This document shows, one piece after another, positions 1 to 9,063 of a stretch of 64,000 nt of DNA. The translations under genes were made by a program, and so were the position numbers. Origin of the DNA: Ruminococcus sp. (GTDB lineage Bacteria > Bacillota > Clostridia > Oscillospirales > Ruminococcaceae); the NCBI GenBank assembly GCA_015066715.1, contig SVNU01000001.1:12318-76317 (forward strand). Direction: 5' to 3'. Below the pieces are notes generated by a model. It worked only from the letters and a program-made list of their open reading frames with translations. It had not been told where the DNA came from and did not search any database. Numbering within the stretch: the first letter of the stretch is position 1; every line of letters starts with the position of its first letter.

Positions 1-522
1 GTCCGAACCAACAACAAGTACAAAGTGATAATTTCCGTTTTCTGTTTTAACGCAGACTATGGGGTATTCTTTATTATTCAGAAGCTTTTCCATGCCATTT
101 CCCTTAAACTCCGATGACTCACAGCCGATAAACTCAACTTCCAGCACCTCTCCTGCTTTGGTCCAGTCAAGGTTGCCTTCACTGTCATAAACACCATTTT
201 CACTGAAATACTCATTAAGTGTTTTCGGAGTGATTTCATCAAGTCCGGAAACCTCAATTTCCTGCATTAAAACCATTGACGCAATACATGTAACAAGACA
301 GCCCGAATCAGACATTTTGTATTTTGAATCACCTAAATTATCCTCTGCCCAGCGTTTGTCTTTCTGATAAAAGAAAACCGTATCGGAAGAACTTATTTGA
401 TTTTCCGGCATAACCGTTTCGGCGTTTCTGTTTTTGTAAAGATAAAGTCCCCCAGCCACAATCATAATAATCAGCACACCGCACAACAGAAGATAAATCA
501 GCTTATTAGCAATTGTTTTCAT
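1..522 (-). CDS. C39-like (papain-fold) cysteine peptidase with N-terminal membrane anchor; runs off the window edge
   Basis: Manual translation from ATG at 522: MKTIANKLIYLLLCGVLIIMIVAGG (TM), then FYQKDKRW..LG..KMSDSGCLVTCIASM..ITPKTLN..YHFVLVVG, matching the Gln/Cys/His motifs of C39-like peptidases. No stop codon before position 1. Confidence 0.75.
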   Translation of the reverse strand, partial: MKTIANKLIYLLLCGVLIIMIVAGGLYLYKNRNAETVMPENQISSSDTVFFYQKDKRWAEDNLGDSKYKMSDSGCLVTCIASMVLMQEIEVSGLDEITPKTLNEYFSENGVYDSEGNLDWTKAGEVLEVEFIGCESSEFKGNGMEKLLNNKEYPIVCVKTENGNYHFVLVVGSD

Positions 523-526
523 AGTT

Positions 527-1066
527 TTACCCCTTTACGTCACTGCCGCAGAAGTTACATTTTCCCACAAAGCCTTTTCGTACGGTTATGTCCGCACCGC
601 AGTCTGCACACTTCACAACAACATACTGAATATTTTGCGATGTACCGCCATTGAGTACAATTCTGAAATTGCCGCCCTCATTGTTAAGGCTTGCATTAAT
701 TATATACCCTTTTGAAATAAGCTTATGAAAAAGCCTGAAAAAATCATCGTCAGGCATACCCATAAGAAGTGCTATTCTGCTCAGCGGAATTTCGCCGTCC
801 ATATCTCCTCTGAAAATATTGTCAAGCATTTTCGCCTTACTTACAAACCGGATTTTTCTGATTCCAATATATACTGCAAATGCTCCCACAAGTGAAATAA
901 ACAATGATATAACCGCCGTTGTAACATCATTATCAAGCGAATCTATTTCACCGGTCAATGTCATTATCACACCCAAAAACCAGAATAACGCATGTCCTCC
1001 GCCAACAAGACAAAGGAGTATTCCGATAAGACTTGAAAATGATGTTTTACTTTTCGAAATAAACAT
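527..1066 (-). CDS. Membrane protein: 2 TM helices + winged-helix-like segment + C-terminal Zn ribbon
   Basis: ORF track 179 aa; two hydrophobic helices, LSRIALLMGM..FHKLISKGYI, CADCG..CNFCG. Confidence 0.7.
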   Translation of the reverse strand: MFISKSKTSFSSLIGILLCLVGGGHALFWFLGVIMTLTGEIDSLDNDVTTAVISLFISLVGAFAVYIGIRKIRFVSKAKMLDNIFRGDMDGEIPLSRIALLMGMPDDDFFRLFHKLISKGYIINASLNNEGGNFRIVLNGGTSQNIQYVVVKCADCGADITVRKGFVGKCNFCGSDVKG

Positions 1067-1081
1067 AACTTCCTCCTGCTC

Positions 1082-1612
1082 TTATGAATCAAGATTGGCT
1101 TTACAAAATGTGCATTTTGCGTCAGAACCTTTTTGAATTTTGTTTTTTAGACCGCATTCACTGCATTCAATATATGTATATTCAGTAACTTCAGATGGTA
1201 TTTTAAGGCTTGGAACAATTTCATCAAATCCATTTATATTAATAATACCTAAATTTATAATGTATCCCTTAGAAACAAGCTTTCTGAAATATTTTACAAA
1301 GCTTTCATCAGACATTTTCATAAATACTGCTGCTCTGTGAACTGTCAGTTTCTCCTCAATATGAAGCAAAATAAACTTTTCAAGCACTTCTGTTTTATGC
1401 AGGTAAGTATATCTGTCAAATGCTTTTATAAAAATTATCAGGCATATAAAACAAATTATTTCGGTAAAATCCTTTTCATCTGTTATATCCCGAATTACAA
1501 AAACAGATATAATACCTGTCAGAAAACTCAATATCCATATAGCTGCCGCCAGAATACAAACAGCTATTGCAATTGTTTTTTGAATTTTAAGCTTTCTTTC
1601 CGATACAAACAT
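1082..1612 (-). CDS. Paralogue of 527..1066 (2 TM + winged-helix-like + Zn ribbon)
   Basis: Start moved to ATG 1612 (GAGGTG RBS); FRKLVSKGYIIN and CSECG..CTFCK align with the neighbour. Confidence 0.7.
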   Translation of the reverse strand: MFVSERKLKIQKTIAIAVCILAAAIWILSFLTGIISVFVIRDITDEKDFTEIICFICLIIFIKAFDRYTYLHKTEVLEKFILLHIEEKLTVHRAAVFMKMSDESFVKYFRKLVSKGYIINLGIININGFDEIVPSLKIPSEVTEYTYIECSECGLKNKIQKGSDAKCTFCKANLDS

Positions 1613-1697
1613 AAAACACCTCATTGCTTTTTTATGTTTATTTCCCGCCTGTGAAATTAAAATATAAATCTGAAACAAAAATCACTTTATACAATAC

Positions 1698-1720
1698 AGG
1701 GCGGAATAAAATTCCGCCCT
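1698..1720 (-). terminator. Intrinsic terminator after carB
   Basis: AGGGCGGAAT-aaa-ATTCCGCCCT perfect 10-bp stem just past the carB stop. Confidence 0.7.
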
Positions 1721-1727
1721 ATTTAAG

Positions 1728-4700
1728 TTATATCTTAGTGATGTCAACCATATCAACATCGTCTATAGTTCTGTTTGTCTTGAGTACATTTGCAAGGGAT
1801 TTTGCTGTATCAATTGCAGTAAGACTGCATATTGAACGTTCAACAGACTTACGGCGCATCTTAACGGAATCTCTTTCAGGAAGACGTCCCTTTTCAGATG
1901 TTGAGATAACGTAATGAATCTTTCCGCTTTCAAGAAGTGAAAGAACATTCGGTTCTGCTTCCTCTGAAATCTTGTTAACAAGATTTGTTGCAATCATGTT
2001 CTTGTTAAGTGTGCTTGCTGTACCGCTTGTACCGTAAATATCAAAGCCCATTGACGCAAACTTGTCGGCAATTGAAATTACCTCCTGCTTATCCTGATCT
2101 CTTACTGAAATCAGCACGCCGCCTTCCTTCTTGAGGTCGTAGCCAGCAGCAACAAGTCCTTTAAGAAGTGCGTCCTCAAAGTTCTTTGCAATACCCAGAC
2201 ATTCACCTGTTGACTTCATTTCAGGTCCGAGCATTGTATCAACGTCCTGAAGCTTTTCAAATGAGAATACAGGTACTTTAACTGCAACATATTCGCTCTT
2301 TTTGTAAAGACCGCTTTCATATCCCTGCTCTTTAAGAGTTGAACCAAGCATAATCTTTGTTGCAATATCAACCATCGGAATACCTGTTACCTTACTGATA
2401 TAAGGTACTGTTCTTGAAGAACGTGGGTTAACTTCGATTACATAAACCTCATCATTGTAAACAACATACTGAATGTTTACAAGACCCATTACCTTGAGCT
2501 CGAAAGCAAGCTTCTTTGTATAGTCAATGATTGTATTTACAATTTTCTCTGAAAGTGTCTGTGCAGGATATACAGAGATTGAGTCACCTGAATGAACGCC
2601 GGCTCTTTCAATATGCTCCATAATACCCGGAATGAGGAAGCCTTCGCCGTCACAGATAGCGTCAACTTCAACTTCCTTACCCATCATGTACTTGTCGATA
2701 AGAACAGGGTTTTCTATCATTGTACGTGTGATGATGTCCATATATTCCACAACATCCTTACGGTTGTGTGCAATAATCATGTTCTGACCACCAAGAACGT
2801 ATGAAGGACGAAGAAGAACAGGATAACCAAGCTTTTCGGCAACCTCAACAGCTTCAGCTGTTGTCATTACTGTATAACCGTCAGGTCTTGGAATACCGCA
2901 CTTTTCAAGAAGCTCATCAAATCTTTCTCTGTCCTCCGCAGCATCAATGCTGTCAGCAGAAGTACCGAGGATATTAACACCCATATCTGCCAGATGACGT
3001 GTAAGCTTGATAGCTGTCTGACCGCCAAACTGAACTACAACACCGTAAGGCTTTTCAGTTTCAATAATAGACTCAACGTCTTCCCTTGTAAGCGGGTCAA
3101 AATAAAGTCTGTCGCCTGTATCAAAGTCAGTTGAAACTGTTTCAGGGTTGTTATTGCAGATAACTGCCTCATAACCTTCTTCCTTGAGTGCCCATACGCA
3201 GTGTACCGAACAGTAGTCAAATTCAATACCCTGACCGATTCTGATAGGACCTGAACCGAAAACGATGATTTTCTTCTTGTCGCTATTTTTTGCGTCGATA
3301 AATTCCTTTGCTTCATTTTCTTCATCAAATGTGGAGTAGAAGTAAGGTGTCTGTGCCTTGAACTCGCCTGCACATGTATCAACCATCTTGTAAACAGCAT
3401 TTTTCTTCATAGGGCATTTCTGTCCTGAAATACGCTTGATTGTGCTGTCAAGATAACCGAACTTCTTTGCAGTAAGATACTTTTCTTCATCAAGTGTACC
3501 TTCAGCAAGCCATCTTTCAAGTTCAACAAGATTCATGAACTTTTCAAGGAACCATTCATCAATAAGAGTGATTTCATGAATTTTATCTATGGAAACATCA
3601 CGCTTTAAAAGCTCATATACCTGGAACATTCTTTCGTCATCGGCATTTGCAATTCTCTTTAAAAGTTCCTTTGTGGAGAACTTTTCAAACTTCTTCATGT
3701 TCATAGTATCAATGCCAAGCTCAATTGAACGTACTGCCTTCATGATAGCCTGTTCAAAGCTTGTACCGATTGACATTACTTCACCGGTAGCCTTCATCTG
3801 TGTACCGAGAGTTCTCTTTGCGTATACAAACTTGTCAAATGCCCACTTAGGGAACTTAACAACAAGATAGTCTATTGTAGGTTCAAAGCATGCATAAGTG
3901 TTGCCGGTAACCTGATTTACAATTTCATCAAGAGTATATCCGATGGCAATTTTTGTAGCAACCTTGGCAATAGGGTAACCTGTTGCCTTTGAAGCAAGGG
4001 CTGATGAACGTGAAACACGAGGATTTACTTCGATTACCGCATAATCGAGTGTTTCAGGGTGAAGCGCAAACTGACAGTTACAGCCGCCTTCTACCTGAAG
4101 CTCTGAAACAATATTCATAGCGGCAGTTCTGAGCATTGTAAATTCCTTTGTTGAAAGTGTTACAGCAGGAGCAACTACGATACTGTCACCTGTATGAACA
4201 CCGACAGGGTCAACATTTTCCATTGAGCATACTGTAATTACATTATCCTTGCTGTCACGGATAACCTCAAATTCAATTTCCTTCCAGCCGCTGATACATT
4301 TTTCAATAAGAATCTGTGTAATAGGTGAAAGTCTGAGACCGTTTTTGGAAATATCACGAAGCTGTTCTTCGTCATGTGCAATACCGCCTCCTGTACCGCC
4401 AAGAGTAAATGCAGGACGTACAATTACAGGGTAACCGATTTCCTTTGTAAAATCAACAGCATCCTCAATAGTTTCAACAACCTTTGAAGGGATACAAGGC
4501 TCACCAATCTTTTCCATTGTATCCTTGAACGCCTGTCTGTCCTCTGCCTTATGGATTGTTTCAGGATTAGCACCAAGAAGCTTTACATTGTTTTCCTCAA
4601 GGAAGCCTTCCTCTGCAAGCTGCATTGAAAGAGTAAGACCTGTCTGTCCGCCGAGAGTTGAAAGCACACTGTCAGGCTTTTCAATCTTAATTATTCTCTT

Positions 4701-4922
4701 TACTACGTCAAGTGTAAGCGGTTCAATATAAATCTTGTCCGCCATAGCCTTATCTGTCATGATTGTGGCAGGGTTTGAGTTAATGAGAACAACCTCAAGA
4801 CCTTCCTGCTTGAGCGCACGGCATGCCTGTGTGCCGGCATAGTCAAATTCGGCAGCCTGTCCGATAATAATCGGACCTGAACCAATTACGAGTACTTTTT
4901 TAATATCCTGTCTTAACGGCAT
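1728..4922 (-). CDS. carB: Carbamoyl-phosphate synthase large subunit
   Basis: GSGPIIIGQAAEFDYAG, two ATP-grasp domains (IEVNPRVSRSS, IEVNPRSSRT), C-terminal MGS-like domain; 1064 aa. Confidence 0.99.
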   Translation of the reverse strand: MPLRQDIKKVLVIGSGPIIIGQAAEFDYAGTQACRALKQEGLEVVLINSNPATIMTDKAMADKIYIEPLTLDVVKRIIKIEKPDSVLSTLGGQTGLTLSMQLAEEGFLEENNVKLLGANPETIHKAEDRQAFKDTMEKIGEPCIPSKVVETIEDAVDFTKEIGYPVIVRPAFTLGGTGGGIAHDEEQLRDISKNGLRLSPITQILIEKCISGWKEIEFEVIRDSKDNVITVCSMENVDPVGVHTGDSIVVAPAVTLSTKEFTMLRTAAMNIVSELQVEGGCNCQFALHPETLDYAVIEVNPRVSRSSALASKATGYPIAKVATKIAIGYTLDEIVNQVTGNTYACFEPTIDYLVVKFPKWAFDKFVYAKRTLGTQMKATGEVMSIGTSFEQAIMKAVRSIELGIDTMNMKKFEKFSTKELLKRIANADDERMFQVYELLKRDVSIDKIHEITLIDEWFLEKFMNLVELERWLAEGTLDEEKYLTAKKFGYLDSTIKRISGQKCPMKKNAVYKMVDTCAGEFKAQTPYFYSTFDEENEAKEFIDAKNSDKKKIIVFGSGPIRIGQGIEFDYCSVHCVWALKEEGYEAVICNNNPETVSTDFDTGDRLYFDPLTREDVESIIETEKPYGVVVQFGGQTAIKLTRHLADMGVNILGTSADSIDAAEDRERFDELLEKCGIPRPDGYTVMTTAEAVEVAEKLGYPVLLRPSYVLGGQNMIIAHNRKDVVEYMDIITRTMIENPVLIDKYMMGKEVEVDAICDGEGFLIPGIMEHIERAGVHSGDSISVYPAQTLSEKIVNTIIDYTKKLAFELKVMGLVNIQYVVYNDEVYVIEVNPRSSRTVPYISKVTGIPMVDIATKIMLGSTLKEQGYESGLYKKSEYVAVKVPVFSFEKLQDVDTMLGPEMKSTGECLGIAKNFEDALLKGLVAAGYDLKKEGGVLISVRDQDKQEVISIADKFASMGFDIYGTSGTASTLNKNMIATNLVNKISEEAEPNVLSLLESGKIHYVISTSEKGRLPERDSVKMRRKSVERSICSLTAIDTAKSLANVLKTNRTIDDVDMVDITKI

Positions 4923-4923
4923 A

Positions 4924-6030
4924 TCAGTGCATCTCCTTTTCCATCATTTCAATAAATTCCTTTGTAATGTATCCGGTATCCTGTGTACCATCCTGGGATT
5001 GTGGATAGAACTGTACAGAAATAGCGTTAATTCCGCTGTATTTAATACCTGCACATGTATTGTCATTTGCATTTACATGTGAAATTTCACCGACTTCCGG
5101 AGTAACACTGTCAGATAAAACCACATATCCGTGATTCTGTGTTGTAACAAATGTCTTACCAAGCTTCTTGTCAACAACAGGCTGATTTGAACCTCTGTGA
5201 CCATACTTCATCTTTTCGGTTTTTGCACCCTGTGAAACAGCTAAAATCTGATGACCAAGGCACACACCAAGCATAGGAATACCAAGCTTTGCGATTTCCT
5301 TTACATTTTCAATGATTTCAGGATTTTCCTCAGGATTTCCTGCACCGTTTGACAAAACAACACCGTTTACGCCAAGCGCCCTGATTTCATCAGCTGTTAC
5401 AGTTGCCGGAACAAGAGTAACCTCACAGTTTCTGCCTGTAAACTCATTGATAAGACTGTTTTTGCAGCCGAGGTCAATCATGGCAACCTTATATTCTGCG
5501 TTTTCACATGTATAAACCTTATTTTCGCTGCATGTCACTGACTTTACAGCGTTTGCAGGTCTGAATTCAGCAAGCTGCTTTAAAAGCTCATCCTTTTTAT
5601 CATTAACATTTTCTGTAGTAATAACTGCATTCATAGCACCTTTATCACGGATAATACGTGTAAGGCAGCGTGTATCAATTGAATGAATACCAATAACATT
5701 CTTTTCCTTTAAAAAGTCATTGATATTGCCCTTGCATCTGAAATTGGAAGGAGTATTGCACCATTCTCTTACAACGTAACCGCTTACCTGTGCCTTCGGT
5801 GACTCATAATCTTCATCATTTACACCGTAGTTTCCTATAAGAGGAAATGTCTGTGTAACAATTTTACCGAAGTTTGTAGGGTCGGTAACAGTTTCCTGAT
5901 AACCGATTACAGAAGTTGTAAAAACAACCTCTCCGAATGAAGTTCCCTCTGCGCCAAAGCTGCGGCCCTCAAAAACTGTTCCGTCTGCCAGAAGCAGATA
6001 TGCTTTCTGACTTTGATTAAATATTGACAT
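4924..6030 (-). CDS. carA: Carbamoyl-phosphate synthase small subunit (catalytic His/Glu substituted)
   Basis: AYLLLADGTVFEG, GEVVFTT..GYQE, GVCLGHQ, TQNHGY; C-terminal motif reads SVQFYPQ instead of SVQ(F/Y)HPE; start moved to ATG 6030 (AAAGGA RBS). Confidence 0.95.
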   Translation of the reverse strand: MSIFNQSQKAYLLLADGTVFEGRSFGAEGTSFGEVVFTTSVIGYQETVTDPTNFGKIVTQTFPLIGNYGVNDEDYESPKAQVSGYVVREWCNTPSNFRCKGNINDFLKEKNVIGIHSIDTRCLTRIIRDKGAMNAVITTENVNDKKDELLKQLAEFRPANAVKSVTCSENKVYTCENAEYKVAMIDLGCKNSLINEFTGRNCEVTLVPATVTADEIRALGVNGVVLSNGAGNPEENPEIIENVKEIAKLGIPMLGVCLGHQILAVSQGAKTEKMKYGHRGSNQPVVDKKLGKTFVTTQNHGYVVLSDSVTPEVGEISHVNANDNTCAGIKYSGINAISVQFYPQSQDGTQDTGYITKEFIEMMEKEMH

Positions 6031-6054
6031 CCAATCATTCCTTTCAAAAATACC

Positions 6055-6085
6055 TTCCACTTTTGAAAAAGTGGAGCAAAAAACT
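6055..6085 (-). repeat. Stand-alone short hairpin matching the first hairpin module of the MITE-like repeat
   Basis: Minus strand AGTTTTTTGCTCCACTTTTTCAAAAGTGGAA resembles AAGTTTTGTTCAAGCTTTTTCAAAAGTTTG (~50228-50257) and AGTTTTTTGGTCCAGCAATTTTTTCAAAAATGCTGG (~59194-59229). Confidence 0.5.
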
Positions 6086-6107
6086 ATATGTCGGTTAAAG
6101 GCAGATA

Positions 6108-7034
6108 TTATTTAAGATTGATATAAGCAGTAATATCTTCCTTCATTCTGACAGCTTCCCTTCTTGCTGCCTTTGCAAAATCCTGTTCAGGACAGTTTTC
6201 TTCGTTCTTGTATGCACACATAATTGCTCTTGATGAGTTTACAATTGCCCCAAGACCCTTTTCATCAAAGGCACCGGCAATACCCTGTGCACCGCCGCCC
6301 TGTGCACCGTAACCAGGTACAAGGAACATAGTATGCGGAAGTCTTTTTCTAAGCTCTGTAAGCTGGTCAGGATATGTTGCACCAACAACGGCACCAACAG
6401 ATGAGTAACCATATTCACCAATCTGTTCGCTGCCCCAGTTTTCACACATATCACCCATTACAGCATATACAGGAGTTTCACCGATAAGCTTGTCCTGAAG
6501 CTCGCCGCTTGACTTGTTTGATGTCTTTACCAGTACAAAAATACCCTTGTCCTTTTCACTGCACACTTTAAGAAGCGGAGCAATTCCGTCAGTACCAAGG
6601 TAACCGTTTACTGTAAGAGCGTCTGCACCGAATGGCTCGCATTCCGTATCACCCACCATAACTGTACCAAGATGAGCAGTTGTGTACGCTTCCATAGTAG
6701 CTCCGATGTCATTTCTCTTACCGTCTGTAATTACAAACATTCCCTTTTCCCTGGCGTAAGCGATTGTCTTAACCAGTGCCTCAACACCATAGAAGCCATA
6801 CATTTCGTAGTAAGCTGCCTGCGGCTTGATTGCTGGTACAATATCATAAATTTCATCAATTATCATTTTGTTAAAGGTGAAAATTGCATTAGCTGCTGCC
6901 TTTAAAGTCTGACCGTCCTTTGCAAAGCATTCCTGCTTTATAAATTCAGGAACATAGTCAAGCCTCGGGTCAAGACCTACAACAGTAGGATTTTTTGTTT
7001 CAATGATTTTCGCTATCAGTCTGTCAAATGACAT
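6108..7034 (-). CDS. pyrF: Orotidine-5'-phosphate decarboxylase
   Basis: VVGLDP, AIKPQAAYYE, DGKRNDIGAT, GAVVGATYP, LVPGYGAQGG, NSSRAI. Confidence 0.97.
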   Translation of the reverse strand: MSFDRLIAKIIETKNPTVVGLDPRLDYVPEFIKQECFAKDGQTLKAAANAIFTFNKMIIDEIYDIVPAIKPQAAYYEMYGFYGVEALVKTIAYAREKGMFVITDGKRNDIGATMEAYTTAHLGTVMVGDTECEPFGADALTVNGYLGTDGIAPLLKVCSEKDKGIFVLVKTSNKSSGELQDKLIGETPVYAVMGDMCENWGSEQIGEYGYSSVGAVVGATYPDQLTELRKRLPHTMFLVPGYGAQGGGAQGIAGAFDEKGLGAIVNSSRAIMCAYKNEENCPEQDFAKAARREAVRMKEDITAYINLK

Positions 7035-7059
7035 GGTACAAAACTCCTTTTATATAAAT

Positions 7060-8328
7060 TTATTTTTCAAAAAACATAAGCTTTCCGTCAGAAATTGTTC
7101 CGACAGTCTTTCCTTTAAGCGTCATGCCCTTAAAGGCTGTATTTTTACCCTTTGACCTGAAATTCTCCGGATTTACAACCCATTCTTTTTCAAGGTCTGC
7201 AAGCACGATATTCGCCGGCTGTCCTGCCTCAATTTTTTCAACAGGCAGTCCGAGAATTTCTCTCGGCCGTACCGACATCAAATCAATAAGCTTTTCAAGG
7301 GATATTTTTCCTGTATGGAAAAGACCTGTAAGAGTTGCCGCAAATGAAGTTTCAAGTCCGACAATTCCATTCGGTGCCTTGAGAAAATCCGACTTTTCTT
7401 CCTTTGAATGAGGAGCATGGTCGGTTACGATACAGTCGATTGTACCGTCAAGTATTCCCCCGATAATTGCCTGTCTGTCCTCCTCCTCACGAAGCGGCGG
7501 ATTCATTCTGTAATCCGCATCCCTTGTAAGAAGCTTTTCATCCGTCATTGTAAAATAATGCGGACAGGTTTCACATGTAACCTTAACGCCCTGCTGCTTG
7601 GCCTTTCTTATAATATCAACACTGCCTCTGGTGCTCACATGCGCAATATGAATACTGCAGCCGGATGTTTCGGCAGTGAGAATTTCCCTTGCGGTTATTG
7701 TATCCTCCGAAGCCCTGTCCATTCCTTTAACGCCCAGCTGCTCCGAAATTCTACCCTTGTTGATAATTCCGCCGTCGATTATTTTCAAGTCCTCACAATG
7801 GGAAATCACCGGAAGTCCTGCTTCCTCAGCCGCAATCATTCCGCTTCTGAGCATTGTCTGACTTTCAACAGGTCGTCCGTCATCAGAAACCGCAATTGCA
7901 CCTGCTGCCTTGAGCATCTTGTAATTGCAGAGTTCCTTGCCCTCAAGACCCTTTGTAATGCATCCCACAGGATAAACCTTAACGCCTGTACCCTTTGCCT
8001 TTGTTATGATATATTGTACTGTTTCAGCGCTGTCTGTTTCAGGCTTTGTATTCGGCATACATGCAACACCTGTAAATCCGCCTGCCAGAGCCGCACTGCA
8101 GCCTGTAACAATATCCTCCTTATAGGTAAGTCCGGGGTCTCTGAAATGAACGTGCATATCAAAAAATGCCGGCATAGCCACAAGACCTGTACAGTCAATC
8201 TCCCTGTCACTTTCACAGATTATGTTTTCATCAATCTTTTTTATTATTCCGTCTGCAATATAGATGTCGCAGATTTTATCCATGCCCTTATCAACGGCAC
8301 GGAGATTTTTCAGAAGTATTGAACTCAT
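7060..8328 (-). CDS. pyrC: Dihydroorotase
   Basis: DMHVHFRDPG, CMPNT, HCED, HIAHVST, MNPPLR, TDHAPH; start moved to ATG 8328 (GGAGG RBS). Confidence 0.97.
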   Translation of the reverse strand: MSSILLKNLRAVDKGMDKICDIYIADGIIKKIDENIICESDREIDCTGLVAMPAFFDMHVHFRDPGLTYKEDIVTGCSAALAGGFTGVACMPNTKPETDSAETVQYIITKAKGTGVKVYPVGCITKGLEGKELCNYKMLKAAGAIAVSDDGRPVESQTMLRSGMIAAEEAGLPVISHCEDLKIIDGGIINKGRISEQLGVKGMDRASEDTITAREILTAETSGCSIHIAHVSTRGSVDIIRKAKQQGVKVTCETCPHYFTMTDEKLLTRDADYRMNPPLREEEDRQAIIGGILDGTIDCIVTDHAPHSKEEKSDFLKAPNGIVGLETSFAATLTGLFHTGKISLEKLIDLMSVRPREILGLPVEKIEAGQPANIVLADLEKEWVVNPENFRSKGKNTAFKGMTLKGKTVGTISDGKLMFFEK

Positions 8329-8332
8329 TTTA

Positions 8333-8869
8333 TCATTCCTCCTGCATAGAATAAATTGCAACACTGTCAGAGCCGTCTGTTTCCCTTACAAAAACCTTAA
8401 CGCTTTCCTCCCTTGAGGTAGGAAGATTCTTTCCGACATAATCGGGTCTTACAGGAAGCTCCCTGTGTCCCCTGTCAACCAGAACAGCAAGCTGTATCGA
8501 TTGGGGTCTGCCCCGCTCCATAATAGCGTCAATAGCTGCTCTTGTACTTCGTCCTGTATAGAACACATCGTCAATAATCACTATTTTTTTGTTGCTGACA
8601 TCAAAATCTATTTTTGTCCTGTCAGCTGTACTCGCCGGCTTACGGTCATCACGAAACGCCGTTATATCAAGCGCACCGCAGGGAACTTTTTCATTTTCAA
8701 GCTCGGCAATCTTATCGGCAATTCTCTGCGCAAGAGCAACACCCCTTGAAAAAATCCCTATAACACAAAGGTCCTGCGTACCCTTATTGCGTTCAAGAAT
8801 CTCATAGGTAATTCTTGCAATTGCCCTTTTCATATTGCTTTCATCCATAATGACAGCTTTTCTTTTCAC
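8333..8869 (-). CDS. pyrR: Pyrimidine operon attenuation protein / uracil phosphoribosyltransferase
   Basis: AIARITYEILERNKG, LDITAFRDD, IDDVFYTGRS, VDRGHRELPVRPDYVGKN. Confidence 0.97.
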   Translation of the reverse strand: MKRKAVIMDESNMKRAIARITYEILERNKGTQDLCVIGIFSRGVALAQRIADKIAELENEKVPCGALDITAFRDDRKPASTADRTKIDFDVSNKKIVIIDDVFYTGRSTRAAIDAIMERGRPQSIQLAVLVDRGHRELPVRPDYVGKNLPTSREESVKVFVRETDGSDSVAIYSMQEE

Positions 8870-8890
8870 TCTATCACCTCTTACAGCAAT

Positions 8891-8926
8891 AAAAAACGCT
8901 TACCTGCCCCGTAGACAGATAAGCGT
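8891..8926 (-). terminator. pyr attenuator terminator
   Basis: Minus strand ACGCTTATCTGTC-tacgg-GGCAGGTAAGCGT followed by a T-run, between promoter and pyrR. Confidence 0.85.
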
Positions 8927-8963
8927 GAAATACTTACAGATATAGCTATATCAATATTAATAA

Positions 8964-9000
8964 TCACACCTTGTCAATCTCACGGGATCAACTTAAAGGT
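8964..9000 (-). promoter_or_regulatory. PyrR-binding RNA loop (anti-antiterminator)
   Basis: Minus strand ACCTTTAAGTTGATCCCGTGAGATTGACAAGGT fits the CUUUAA..ARUCCNGNGAGGYU..AAGG PyrR consensus. Confidence 0.85.
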
Positions 9001-9014
9001 TTCAACTGCATAAT

Positions 9015-9043
9015 ATTATAGCACAAAAAAATTCATTTGTCCA
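9015..9043 (-). promoter_or_regulatory. SigA-type promoter of the pyr operon
   Basis: TGGACA-N17-TATAAT with extended TG. Confidence 0.7.
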
Positions 9044-9063
9044 GTATTTTTGATATATTTTTC

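Noticed and set aside
4924-6030. carA as a pseudogene
   Set aside because: Full-length uninterrupted frame, good RBS and tight coupling to carB; only active-site residues deviate.
7408-8322. 304-aa plus-strand ORF
   Set aside because: Entirely antisense to pyrC, with no recognisable motifs; shadow ORF.
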